Shown in pieces: positions 1 to 8,503 of a stretch of 29,472 bases of DNA. Both the position numbers and the translations under genes were made by a program. Position 1 is the first letter of the stretch, and each line of letters begins with the position of its first letter. Source of the DNA: Alloascoidea hylecoeti. Its lineage: Eukaryota. The stretch is taken from contig BCKZ01000002.1 of assembly GCA_001600815.1 (NCBI GenBank), positions 951,725 through 981,196 of the forward strand. The letters are read 5' to 3'. The notes beneath the pieces were generated by a model. The model was not told the origin of the DNA and did no database searches. It saw only the letters and a program-made list of their open reading frames with translations.

Positions 1-2560
1 CCGAGTCATCATCAATAGCACTTGTAGGTACTGGTGTAGATGAACCAAAGTCATCATTATTATCTTTTGATTGCCTTTCCTCTCGTTCGTTTTCCATTTC
101 TTCCCATTTTAATTCCGAAGTATCAGTAATACTTAAACTTTTCATTTGTGCATACCAGGTTCGTGCAATTTCTTCATCATATGCTTTCTGTTGCAAAGCA
201 ACATTATAACTATGACCACCAAATTTAGATTTATCTAATTTTTCATCAATTGATTCCCCAACTGCTTTGAAGCCACCTTTCATAGAAATTTTTAAGAAAC
301 TAAAAGCTTCACCTCTACCCGACGGATCACCTTCACCATGTAATTGTAGCATTGCCTGACCTTGGGTTGCTTTGATAAAATTTTTTGATGTATTCCATGG
401 CGCTAATTCTTCTTCGATACTCATTCCATCGTTATTATCTTCATCTTCAACAGTTTTACCATACCCGGCATCTTCTAAATGTTGTTGTCCAACCTGTGTA
501 GATTCCAATAGGGTGATATCTTCAGGTGTTAACATCGACCTAATTGCTTCTTCATCTGGAAGGGGAGCTGGAGGTTTTATTTTCCAATAACCTCGATCCT
601 CACCATTATGTTGAAATTCCATGAATTCTTTTAATCTTTGACGGTTTTGCATATCATTTTGATCGGGAAAGTGTGATGAAATATCTTTAACTAGTAACCT
701 CTGTCTTTGACTATGATTTAAAACTCGATAAACAATCATTTTTAATCTATTTTTACTTGCAGTTGTAACTCTTCTTGAATGTGGACCTGGTATTTCAACA
801 ACAGGGTATGTTTGGCCAACCACAAAAAGATTGCTAATCGATCTTAAGAAATACTTTTGACTCTGATTACCACCAGTACTTCTAATGAGTAAGAAATCTG
901 TATTTTTAACATCATGTTTGATCACAGGTGCTCTTATTAAATTATTATAAAATGTTGGGACGATATTACCAGGCTCAACAAATCCAAAATTCCAAAATGG
1001 ACTTCTATCTTGAACACCTAAAACATGGGTTTCACCTAGATATAATTTGGGTCTTGATGTATCTTCTTCATTTTTTTTTCTATAATAATTAATTAATTTA
1101 CTACCCATACCAAAATTTGATAAAACAGGTGGGAATTCTTCGGAGTATTCAAATAAAAATAAATGACCTGTGTCACCTAATGTCAAATCATTAGTTCTAT
1201 TAAATACTTCAGAAATTTCTTTACCTCTATCTCTTTTTCTTTTTCTTGTTTTTATTTTTGAAAATGAAAACTTGGTACCAGGTCTAACGATAAATGAAGG
1301 TCTGTGGAATGAACGCATTTGAGCTTTTGATAATTTTACTTTATAATAAGGAGTTTGTAATCTTCTTGCAGGCATAGTATGATCAATACTTAAATTACCA
1401 ATAGTTGCACGAACTTTGGATTGATAATTTTCTTTTAAGAGATCATAAGCAGTATCATTTGATATATTGAACTTTCTCATTAATGCCTTTTCAGTTTGTG
1501 GTATTGAAGCAGTTATTTTATCATTTGAAATCTTTGTTTTCCTTTGTTCAATATTAAACAAAAGTTCCGGATCGTTTAAATTGAACTGTAATTTTGTTGA
1601 AAGTTGACCTTCTAAAATCATATCATCATCCATGGACCATTTATCGTCATCCATTAGTTTTGCTCTCTTATGCCGTGTTTCTGGGTATTCTTCTTTGTTG
1701 TGTGTGTCACTATCATCACCAGCATTTAGTATTTGATCATAACTCCACTCTATCGACGCAAGAGCTAAATCATTTGCTCGTATATTTCCAAAGAGCTCCG
1801 TTTGATCATCCTCACCGGTCACTTTTGAATTTTTTGGTTCTAAGACCTTGGGGTCAATGTAAATTATCCTTTGACCGGCTACTCGTTCCTGTGATTTTAT
1901 TGGTTTGTTTATACTTTGTTTAAAAGCTTTTCTATCATCAATTTCCGGTTCTAGTTCAAGTTTTGTGGGATGAAGTGGTCTAATGGTTTTTGGTTTTTGA
2001 GACTTAAAATGGCCAATTGGAGGACCGAAAAGGTTTAACTGTAGAAATCCTCCACGTTTAAAATCGGGGTATAAGATCTTGAGTAATTCATCATCTATTG
2101 CACTTTTCATCTCAGCCTCAGCTTTTGGGTCTCTGACAGGTGGAGGAGTTGGAGTACGCGTTACTTTATTAATTAATTGTTGAGGTTGGTCTTTTACTAT
2201 GGGAGTCTTCGTTTCTCGAGTATCTTCACCCCATGTGTCACCATCAGCAAACAGTTCATCAAAATCGACATCCTGTTTGACCTCAGTCGTGTTGCCTTCC
2301 CTCATTATGGCAGCTAAATCATCGTCATCATCATTTTCATTATTTACGTTTGTAGATTGGCTTTTGGCAGGTTCTTCATCAGGTAATTCCTCATCCGCTA
2401 GTTCATCTTCGTCTTCAAAATCAATGGCATAATCAGCGGGTTTAATGGCACCAGCGCCAGAAACACCTTTTGAAGTTAATTCATCAAGCTTGAAACTGGA
2501 CATTCCACCACCCATAATGGAGTCAAAATCGTCGGTTCCCATGTCATTTTTGTCTGCCAT
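1..2560 (-). CDS. TAF1: TFIID subunit Taf1 (partial; 3' end lies beyond the left edge of the window)
   Basis: Not in the ORF track because no stop codon is in the window. Manual translation from ATG at 2560 gives MADKNDMGTDDF...AIDFEDEDELADEELPDEE (Taf1 N-terminal acidic motif) and, near 280-370, ATQGQAMLQLHGEGDPSGRGEAFSFLKISMKGGF (conserved Taf1 central domain). The frame is consistent down to base 2 (...AIDDDS). Confidence 0.95.
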   Translation of the reverse strand, partial: MADKNDMGTDDFDSIMGGGMSSFKLDELTSKGVSGAGAIKPADYAIDFEDEDELADEELPDEEPAKSQSTNVNNENDDDDDLAAIMREGNTTEVKQDVDFDELFADGDTWGEDTRETKTPIVKDQPQQLINKVTRTPTPPPVRDPKAEAEMKSAIDDELLKILYPDFKRGGFLQLNLFGPPIGHFKSQKPKTIRPLHPTKLELEPEIDDRKAFKQSINKPIKSQERVAGQRIIYIDPKVLEPKNSKVTGEDDQTELFGNIRANDLALASIEWSYDQILNAGDDSDTHNKEEYPETRHKRAKLMDDDKWSMDDDMILEGQLSTKLQFNLNDPELLFNIEQRKTKISNDKITASIPQTEKALMRKFNISNDTAYDLLKENYQSKVRATIGNLSIDHTMPARRLQTPYYKVKLSKAQMRSFHRPSFIVRPGTKFSFSKIKTRKRKRDRGKEISEVFNRTNDLTLGDTGHLFLFEYSEEFPPVLSNFGMGSKLINYYRKKNEEDTSRPKLYLGETHVLGVQDRSPFWNFGFVEPGNIVPTFYNNLIRAPVIKHDVKNTDFLLIRSTGGNQSQKYFLRSISNLFVVGQTYPVVEIPGPHSRRVTTASKNRLKMIVYRVLNHSQRQRLLVKDISSHFPDQNDMQNRQRLKEFMEFQHNGEDRGYWKIKPPAPLPDEEAIRSMLTPEDITLLESTQVGQQHLEDAGYGKTVEDEDNNDGMSIEEELAPWNTSKNFIKATQGQAMLQLHGEGDPSGRGEAFSFLKISMKGGFKAVGESIDEKLDKSKFGGHSYNVALQQKAYDEEIARTWYAQMKSLSITDTSELKWEEMENEREERQSKDNNDDFGSSTPVPTSAIDDDS

Positions 2561-2848
2561 TGTACGCCATTATCGAGAAGGTCAAACAGGATTTAATTTA
2601 TAGTCAGCTAAACACCCGTACATCCAATATAATGCAACTGAATGGGACAATACGAGATTGATACGTTAGAATAGCAGACTATACGAAAAGTAGATATTCC
2701 CCTTTTAATAAAACCTATCGGCTACCAGCTAATAACTGTCCATGGTTAACTAGAAAAAGGCATATATATTTACACTCGATAAATACATATAACTAATAAT
2801 AATCAATTACAATTTTCGGAGTTTCGATAAATATATATGGCGTAGCTG

Positions 2849-2856
2849 GTCACGTG
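2849..2856. promoter_or_regulatory. Cbf1-type E-box (GTCACGTG) in the TAF1/VPS25 divergent promoter
   Basis: Exact RTCACGTG match about 60 bp upstream of the VPS25 ATG. Confidence 0.5.
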
Positions 2857-2917
2857 TAACTTATGCTACAAAGTCCTTTAATCCTTTCCAAGCTTGTATT
2901 TTTATAGCTACACCATC

Positions 2918-3634
2918 ATGTCCTTGGAATTCACTTATCCACAAATATATAACTTCCCTCCATTCTTCACACGTCAGCCAAACGACCAGACATGGCAATC
3001 TCAACTTCAAACATGGATAACGCTTCTTATACAATTTGCCAAACATCATCGTATATGGATCCTTGATGAGAATGGTGATGCAATATCATATGGCGATATG
3101 AATACACCTGATCAACTTGATGATCTTGATGAGTACGATGATGACACACAACAAAAGAAATCTGTAGCTGAATTCGGGAATATATTTGACAATGTGAAAC
3201 TGAAAAGAAAGCTAAAGAGAGAAACAATACTTGAAATTTATAAAGAATTAATTACACAAGGTTATGCCGAGTGGGAAGAAAAAAGAAATTCCAAAAAATC
3301 TTTCAATAGATCTGGAAATGTGATTATATTCTGGAAAAGACCTGAAGAATGGGCAGGAATCATCTCTGATTGGGTACGTTTATTATATATTTTATCGATT
3401 TTACAATTCCATATTCACTAATTGTATTGACAATTATAGGTTGAATCAACAGGCCAAAGTAATTCAATCTTAACTTTATATGAACTGAGAAGCGGTGAGC
3501 TTTCTTCATCAACTGAGTTTCATAATATACATCCCAAAGTTCTATTGAGGGCTTTAGAAGTTCTGGTTAAAAGGGGAAAAGCTCAGATTATGAAGGATGA
3601 AGATGGTCAATTTGCTGGCGTTAAAATTGCTTAA
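2918..3634 (+). CDS. VPS25: ESCRT-II subunit Vps25; exons 2918-3373 and 3440-3634, 216 aa
   Basis: N-terminus FTYPQIYNFPPFFTRQPN...W and WKRPEEWA. Intron 3374-3439 has GTACGT...CACTAAT...TAG. Exon 2 continues in frame as VESTGQSNSILTLYEL...LLRALEVLVKRGKAQIM...GVKIA*. Confidence 0.95.
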
Positions 3635-4132
3635 TAATCTATTGCTATAAGCAATTGTATTCAGATAAAGTAGTTTGCAAATTATATTTATTACGTAGAA
3701 AAAGCAATTTGATGATATTAATTATAATATACGAATCCAAAAATGTTATCGTGATTCCAGACAAACCGAAGGTACTCTCGATGAAGTCGTACAAGCTCTT
3801 ATTTTGTTATGTTGAAGGGTGTTCATTTTGGTAAAATTTCCAGTTATGCTCATCCTCATCCAAACAACGTATCAAGTGTTTAAATTAAGCTCAAATATAA
3901 TTGCTGTTTAAATCATTAATATTGTTCCTTGTCTGATATACCTATTTGTATATATATTCTGACTTCACATTGTGTTTATTTATTTAGACCTTGAACATCA
4001 ATGAAAAGTCTTGTTTAATCGCTTAAACACTACGGTATACAAGTATACCACCGTCGTTAAAAGTTGTTGTGTTCACGTTCGATGACCTAACACAAGTGTA
4101 TTATTAATGTCAATTGATCTAACAAATTATGA

Positions 4133-4139
4133 TTAGTAA
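4133..4139. promoter_or_regulatory. Possible Yap1-type response element (TTAGTAA) upstream of the oxidoreductase
   Basis: Matches the reverse complement of TTACTAA about 80 bp upstream of the ATG, with TATAAA nearby. A short AT-rich motif, so weak. Confidence 0.3.
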
Positions 4140-4220
4140 TTGAAACTTCAAATATAAAACTTTATAAATCCTTGATTCTTCCTGTTTTTTAATTCCATTC
4201 TTAACTCACAATAATCGATC

Positions 4221-5354
4221 ATGTCTTCATCAATTCCAATTCCCTCCACTCAAACAGCCGCCATTTTAGGTAAAAATAAAGATGTTCTAGAAATCAAACA
4301 AATTCCGGTTCCAAAAATTGCTTCTGATGACGTATTAGTTAAAGTCGAGGCTTCTGCCGTTAATCCAACCGATTGGAAACATTTGGTATTTGGTTGGGGT
4401 GCTCCAGGTACAGTTTCTGGTTGTGATATAGCTGGATCAGTTGCTGCTATTGGTTCCAATGTTCAAAATGTGAAAATTGGCGACACTGGATTTGCTTTTA
4501 TCCATGGTTCAAATACTGTCGCCCCACAAACCGGTGGATTTTCTGAATATGCGGTTGTTAAGTCTCATTTATTTTACAAATTTAAAAATCCTTTGCATAA
4601 ATCAAAAGAAAATGAAATTCCCCAAGAAGTCCCAACAACATTTGAAGGCGCTTCCTCTTTGGGTGTATCTGTGGTTACAATTGCCATTAGTCTTGTTCAT
4701 AACCTAGGCGGTTCAATTGGATTATCAGAGAAAAATCCAGAAGAAGCAAATAAATATTTATTGATTTGGGGTGGTGCTACGTCAACTGGTCAAGTTGCAA
4801 TCCAATTTGCCAAATTAATTGGTTGGAAAGTCATAGTCGTTGCGTCTAAAAAAAATGAGGATCAATTAAAAGCTCTTGGTGCCGAAGCAGTCTTTGATTA
4901 TCATGATAGTGATGTAGTTCAACAGATCAAAAACTATGGTGGTGAAAACATTGTTTATGCTTTGGATACGATTGCTTTACCAAATACTATTCAATTAATT
5001 CATGATGCAACATCTGATACTTTACCCGTTAAAATTGATAATTTACTATTCCATGGTAAAAAAAGTATTAAGAATTTTAAATCAAATGCAACAATCACTG
5101 ATTCATTGGCTTATTTTGCAACAGGTAATCCATTCGTTTGGGGGGATAGGGAGCTTGGAAAACCGGATGTTGCAGAATTTGCCAAATCTTATTATTCAAC
5201 TCTGGAGAATGTTCTTAATAATGGATCAATTAAACATATCCCAATTAAAGTCCTTCCAAATGGGTTTAACTCGGCCAATGAAGCATTTTCATTGTTAAAA
5301 AATGACAAGGTTTCGAACCAAAAACTTGTTTTAAGACCATCTGACACAAAATAA
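4221..5354 (+). CDS. Medium-chain dehydrogenase/reductase, enoyl-reductase-like (YNL134C/ToxD-type) NADPH oxidoreductase
   Basis: 377-aa ORF with VLVKVEASAVNPTDWKH, GCDIAGSV, LLIWGGATSTGQVAIQFAK (Rossmann) and LGAEAVFDYHD motifs. Confidence 0.9.
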   Translation: MSSSIPIPSTQTAAILGKNKDVLEIKQIPVPKIASDDVLVKVEASAVNPTDWKHLVFGWGAPGTVSGCDIAGSVAAIGSNVQNVKIGDTGFAFIHGSNTVAPQTGGFSEYAVVKSHLFYKFKNPLHKSKENEIPQEVPTTFEGASSLGVSVVTIAISLVHNLGGSIGLSEKNPEEANKYLLIWGGATSTGQVAIQFAKLIGWKVIVVASKKNEDQLKALGAEAVFDYHDSDVVQQIKNYGGENIVYALDTIALPNTIQLIHDATSDTLPVKIDNLLFHGKKSIKNFKSNATITDSLAYFATGNPFVWGDRELGKPDVAEFAKSYYSTLENVLNNGSIKHIPIKVLPNGFNSANEAFSLLKNDKVSNQKLVLRPSDTK

Positions 5355-6056
5355 TTCCTTTTCTAGCATTATTTTACCGAGGTTGTCTTATTCTCCTTTA
5401 TTTACTGTGGAGAAACCCATACAAAATATATTATATTTAGTGCTTTATTATAAGTTTTAAAATTTATCTTACATATATTCTTTGTATTTGACCAATGTAA
5501 ATAAATCGACCTGAGAAATTGTGAGAATCACGTAACTAATTAGATTATGTGGTCGATTGTAAATATCATACCAAATTATTTAATAACAAACTATAGCTAC
5601 TGTTGTGAGCGCTTAGGCTAAACACTACTCTGAAATGTCAAAGACAATATTGATGATTATCTATATATGAAAAGTTAGAGATGCTAGACTAATAATTACT
5701 TTATGTTTGTAATCATAGTGATCCTTAAAGTACCTTCATTTTTGGTTCAAGATGTTGAACGTCATTGTGAAGTCTTGTGATTGTTAACGCTGTTTGGTAT
5801 GCTTCTTTCAAATTGGTGGGTCCAAAAGCATTTTCAAAAACAGTTTCGGTTTTTGAAAGTGATGCTAAATGATCTATGAAGTTGGTGGAACCTATTTTTA
5901 TGGTATAAATATTTGTTCAGAGCCGCCTCTTCGGGTGTTTGACTTAATTACTAATTTTGGATCAACTATTTTGTATAGAGGCATGACGTCTACTTTGATA
6001 AATTCAAGATACTCCATTGTTTGATTTTATATTTTGCTAGTTATAATTAATTTCAA

Positions 6057-6171
6057 TAGTTCGTTGGTAGAGTGTTCGGCTTTTCATGTGTGATCTATAT
6101 TCTAAAGAATTACGAAATTTATCTTGTTTTATTGTGAACTATTAGTATAAATTAGGACTAATTATACCGAG
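6057..6171 (+). pseudogene. Degenerate tRNA-Lys(UUU) remnant (D-arm and anticodon 5' half; possible intron and anticodon-stem 3' strand)
   Basis: TAGTTCGTTGGTAGAGTGTTCGGCTTTTCA (6057-6086) matches the recalled yeast tRNA-Lys(UUU) TAGCTCAGTTGGTAGAGCGTTCGGCTTTTAA at about 27/31. ACCGAG at 6166-6171 can close the anticodon stem. No T-arm/B-box or acceptor stem follows. Confidence 0.55.
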
Positions 6172-6520
6172 GAATATGCAACCAAATCCCATTTTAAAAG
6201 AGGCCAATATAACTGTAGAGTGTAGACCCATTTGTTTTGTGTGACAGCAATCCCGGAATCGTCATCAATTACTATGGTGTTCACACCACAGAGCCACAGA
6301 CTGCACAACTATGATATTTAAATGTAAGGTAATATTATAATCTCGTTACGAATACGGTTACGGTGATCATGAGGATGGCAGACATTAAATCTTCAAGTCA
6401 AACGAAGCACAATTTTTATGCATTGATTAAAAATAATGAAATAGAAAAATGGCTAGACAATTGCAATCGTAATTGATCATTATTTGATATTTATTAAATA
6501 TAAACCTTCAATTGGAAATT

Positions 6521-6918
6521 TTAGGCGAATGTACCATCACCATCATTTCTTGAATTATAATGTTTTTTATCGAGAGATTTATTCACACCTTTAATATCAC
6601 CATTCTTTATAATTTTTTCGATAATACTGTCAGTATCTTTTGTTCCAAACTCATTCTCCAATTGTAGGTCTGAAGCTTCGTCAAGTATACCACTAGCACC
6701 CCCTGTTCTAACTGTGAATACGGTGAAGGCTTCGACAACATCTATCAACGGGGTTGAAGAATCCTTATTATATTTTTGAATGGCTTCCAAAGAAGTTCCT
6801 AGGACAATGAAGTCAGTTTCGCTTCCTTTGTAATGAATTTTGATCTAATGTGAATTGAGTATTATTAGTATATTGTAGGTGCAACCACATATGATTAGTG
6901 AACACTTACTGAAGACAT
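6521..6918 (-). CDS. RTC3: Rtc3, stand-alone SBDS N-terminal domain protein; exons 6918-6910 and 6844-6521, 110 aa
   Basis: ATG TCT TCA | GTAAGT...TACTAAT...TAG | IKIHYKGSETDFIVL...LIDVVEAFTVFT...GASGILDEASDLQLENEFGT. This matches the Rtc3 pattern YKGxxTDxIV...ASxxQxENEFG. Intron 6845-6909. Confidence 0.9.
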
Positions 6919-7156
6919 TTTTTGTTTTTTGTCTTTTGAATATATATAACAATTGATCAACCAATGTTGGGGAAGGGCCTTTTATAATCCTTTGTTTTAA
7001 TTAAATGGCCCAGCCAATTATGGTATGCCATCATTCAGCGTCATAATGTTGGCCATAAACACACGCGGGCAGGAGTATAATGACTTCAATATTAAGATTA
7101 TTAAATGCAATTGCTACCAGGTCCGTAAATTACCGGATTGGGAGGAAGGTGCAGCA

Positions 7157-7386
7157 CACGTGATTTGGAAATGCCAAACTTCACCAGCCACACCGATCTG
7201 GTTCTATGGCGTTCCATGTGTCTTCAGCCAGTATAAAACACAGAAAGAGTGGAGGATTCTCGCAATTGCTCTGTATTGCGTGACCCGTCGAGGCTCACAC
7301 AATTTTGCAGCCAATAAACTGCTCGGAATCAGCTACATATTCAACTTTTAGCCACAATTGCCTCATCCCTGCTGACGACACGTGAT
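7157..7386. promoter_or_regulatory. Two Cbf1-type ATCACGTG sites (7157-7164, 7379-7386, minus orientation) in the RTC3/PRX1 divergent promoter; CCAAT boxes near 6961, 7014, 7311; TATAAA near 7421
   Basis: Direct motif matches in a 548-bp bidirectional intergenic region. Confidence 0.45.
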
Positions 7387-7466
7387 ATTACACCACGGCC
7401 TCCTCTGCTATAACCTTCGATATAAATTGCACTACTTTCCTTGCTTTACAACCATATCTCATAAAA

Positions 7467-8147
7467 ATGTCTATTCCACAGCCTTCTTCAACTCTTCGTC
7501 TTGGTTCAAAAGCTCCTAACTTTGAGTCCGAAACTTCCAATGGTCCAATTAACTTTTATGACTATGCTGGGGATAGTTGGGTAGTTTTCTTCTCTCATCC
7601 TGATGATTTCACTCCAGTTTGTACCACCGAACTTGGTGCTTTTGCCAAATTGGAACCTGAGTTCACTAAAAGGGGTACTAAATTGATTGGTTTATCTGCA
7701 AACAATGCTGACTCTCATCAAGCTTGGATCAAAGATATCAATGAAATTACTGGCTCAAAATTGTCATTCCCAATTGTTGCAGATCCAAAGCGAGAAATTG
7801 CTCTTAAATATGACATGATTGACTATCAAGATGCTACCAATGTTGATAATAAAGGTGTTCAATTTACTATTCGTTCTGTTTTCATCATTGATCCAAAAAA
7901 GACAATTAGATTGATTTTATCATACCCTGCATCAACCGGTAGAAACACCGCTGAAGTATTGAGAGTTCTTGATTCTCTACAAACTGGTGATAAGAATCGA
8001 GTTACTACTCCAATCAATTGGGTTCCTGGTGATGATGTTATTGTTCATCCTACTGTTTCTAATGAGGAAGCAAAGACCTTATTCCCAAAATTTAGAACAA
8101 TCAAACCTTATCTTAGATTGACCCCTTTACCTGAATCTCAGGTTTAA
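7467..8147 (+). CDS. PRX1: 1-Cys peroxiredoxin (Prx6 subfamily), no obvious mitochondrial presequence
   Basis: FSHPDDFTPVCTTELG peroxidatic-Cys motif, YPASTGRN, TPINWVPGDDVI and C-terminal PYLR. Confidence 0.95.
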   Translation: MSIPQPSSTLRLGSKAPNFESETSNGPINFYDYAGDSWVVFFSHPDDFTPVCTTELGAFAKLEPEFTKRGTKLIGLSANNADSHQAWIKDINEITGSKLSFPIVADPKREIALKYDMIDYQDATNVDNKGVQFTIRSVFIIDPKKTIRLILSYPASTGRNTAEVLRVLDSLQTGDKNRVTTPINWVPGDDVIVHPTVSNEEAKTLFPKFRTIKPYLRLTPLPESQV

Positions 8148-8503
8148 AAGAATTGTTCTTTGTTTTATATTATATTAATAGTTAGTTTTAATGTATTGAT
8201 GATTATTTTATTTGTGTTTTGAATGAAATAACCTCATGTGTTCCACTGTATCAAATATTGGTTTTCAACCATAGAAAGGATCAGGAGTTTATAATTATTA
8301 GCGTTATGCACGAATGCATATTGCTGACATCAAACGTTTCTTTATCTTGTAATTGTGGTGTAATATTAATTATAAGCTTATAAAAGTACACACCATGGCC
8401 AATTAACCCTGGAGACTGGTGTGTATTTTCCTTAATTTTAACATCATTTTTTACTGTATCACTAATATATTAGTACGTAGAAACATATAAAGCTTTACCG
8501 CCA

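Noticed and set aside
372..2432. Short + strand ORFs (372-590, 1594-1923, 2199-2432)
   Set aside because: Antisense shadows of TAF1.
3484..3570. Alternative CUG genetic code
   Set aside because: CTG falls at conserved Leu positions in Vps25 (TLYEL, LEVLV), consistent with the standard code.
6892..6900. Second branch-point-like CACTAAT in the RTC3 intron
   Set aside because: Too close to the donor (about 10 nt) to function. The downstream TACTAAT explains splicing.
7025..7351. 108-aa ORF and an SRP-helix-like CAGGTCC...GGAAGGTGCAGC in the RTC3/PRX1 promoter
   Set aside because: The ORF has no recognisable motif and overlaps promoter elements. The SRP-like halves are interrupted and lack the surrounding helices.
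7386..7466. In-frame upstream extension of PRX1 as a non-AUG mitochondrial presequence
   Set aside because: The 27 open codons lack Arg or amphipathic character and span the probable TATA box.
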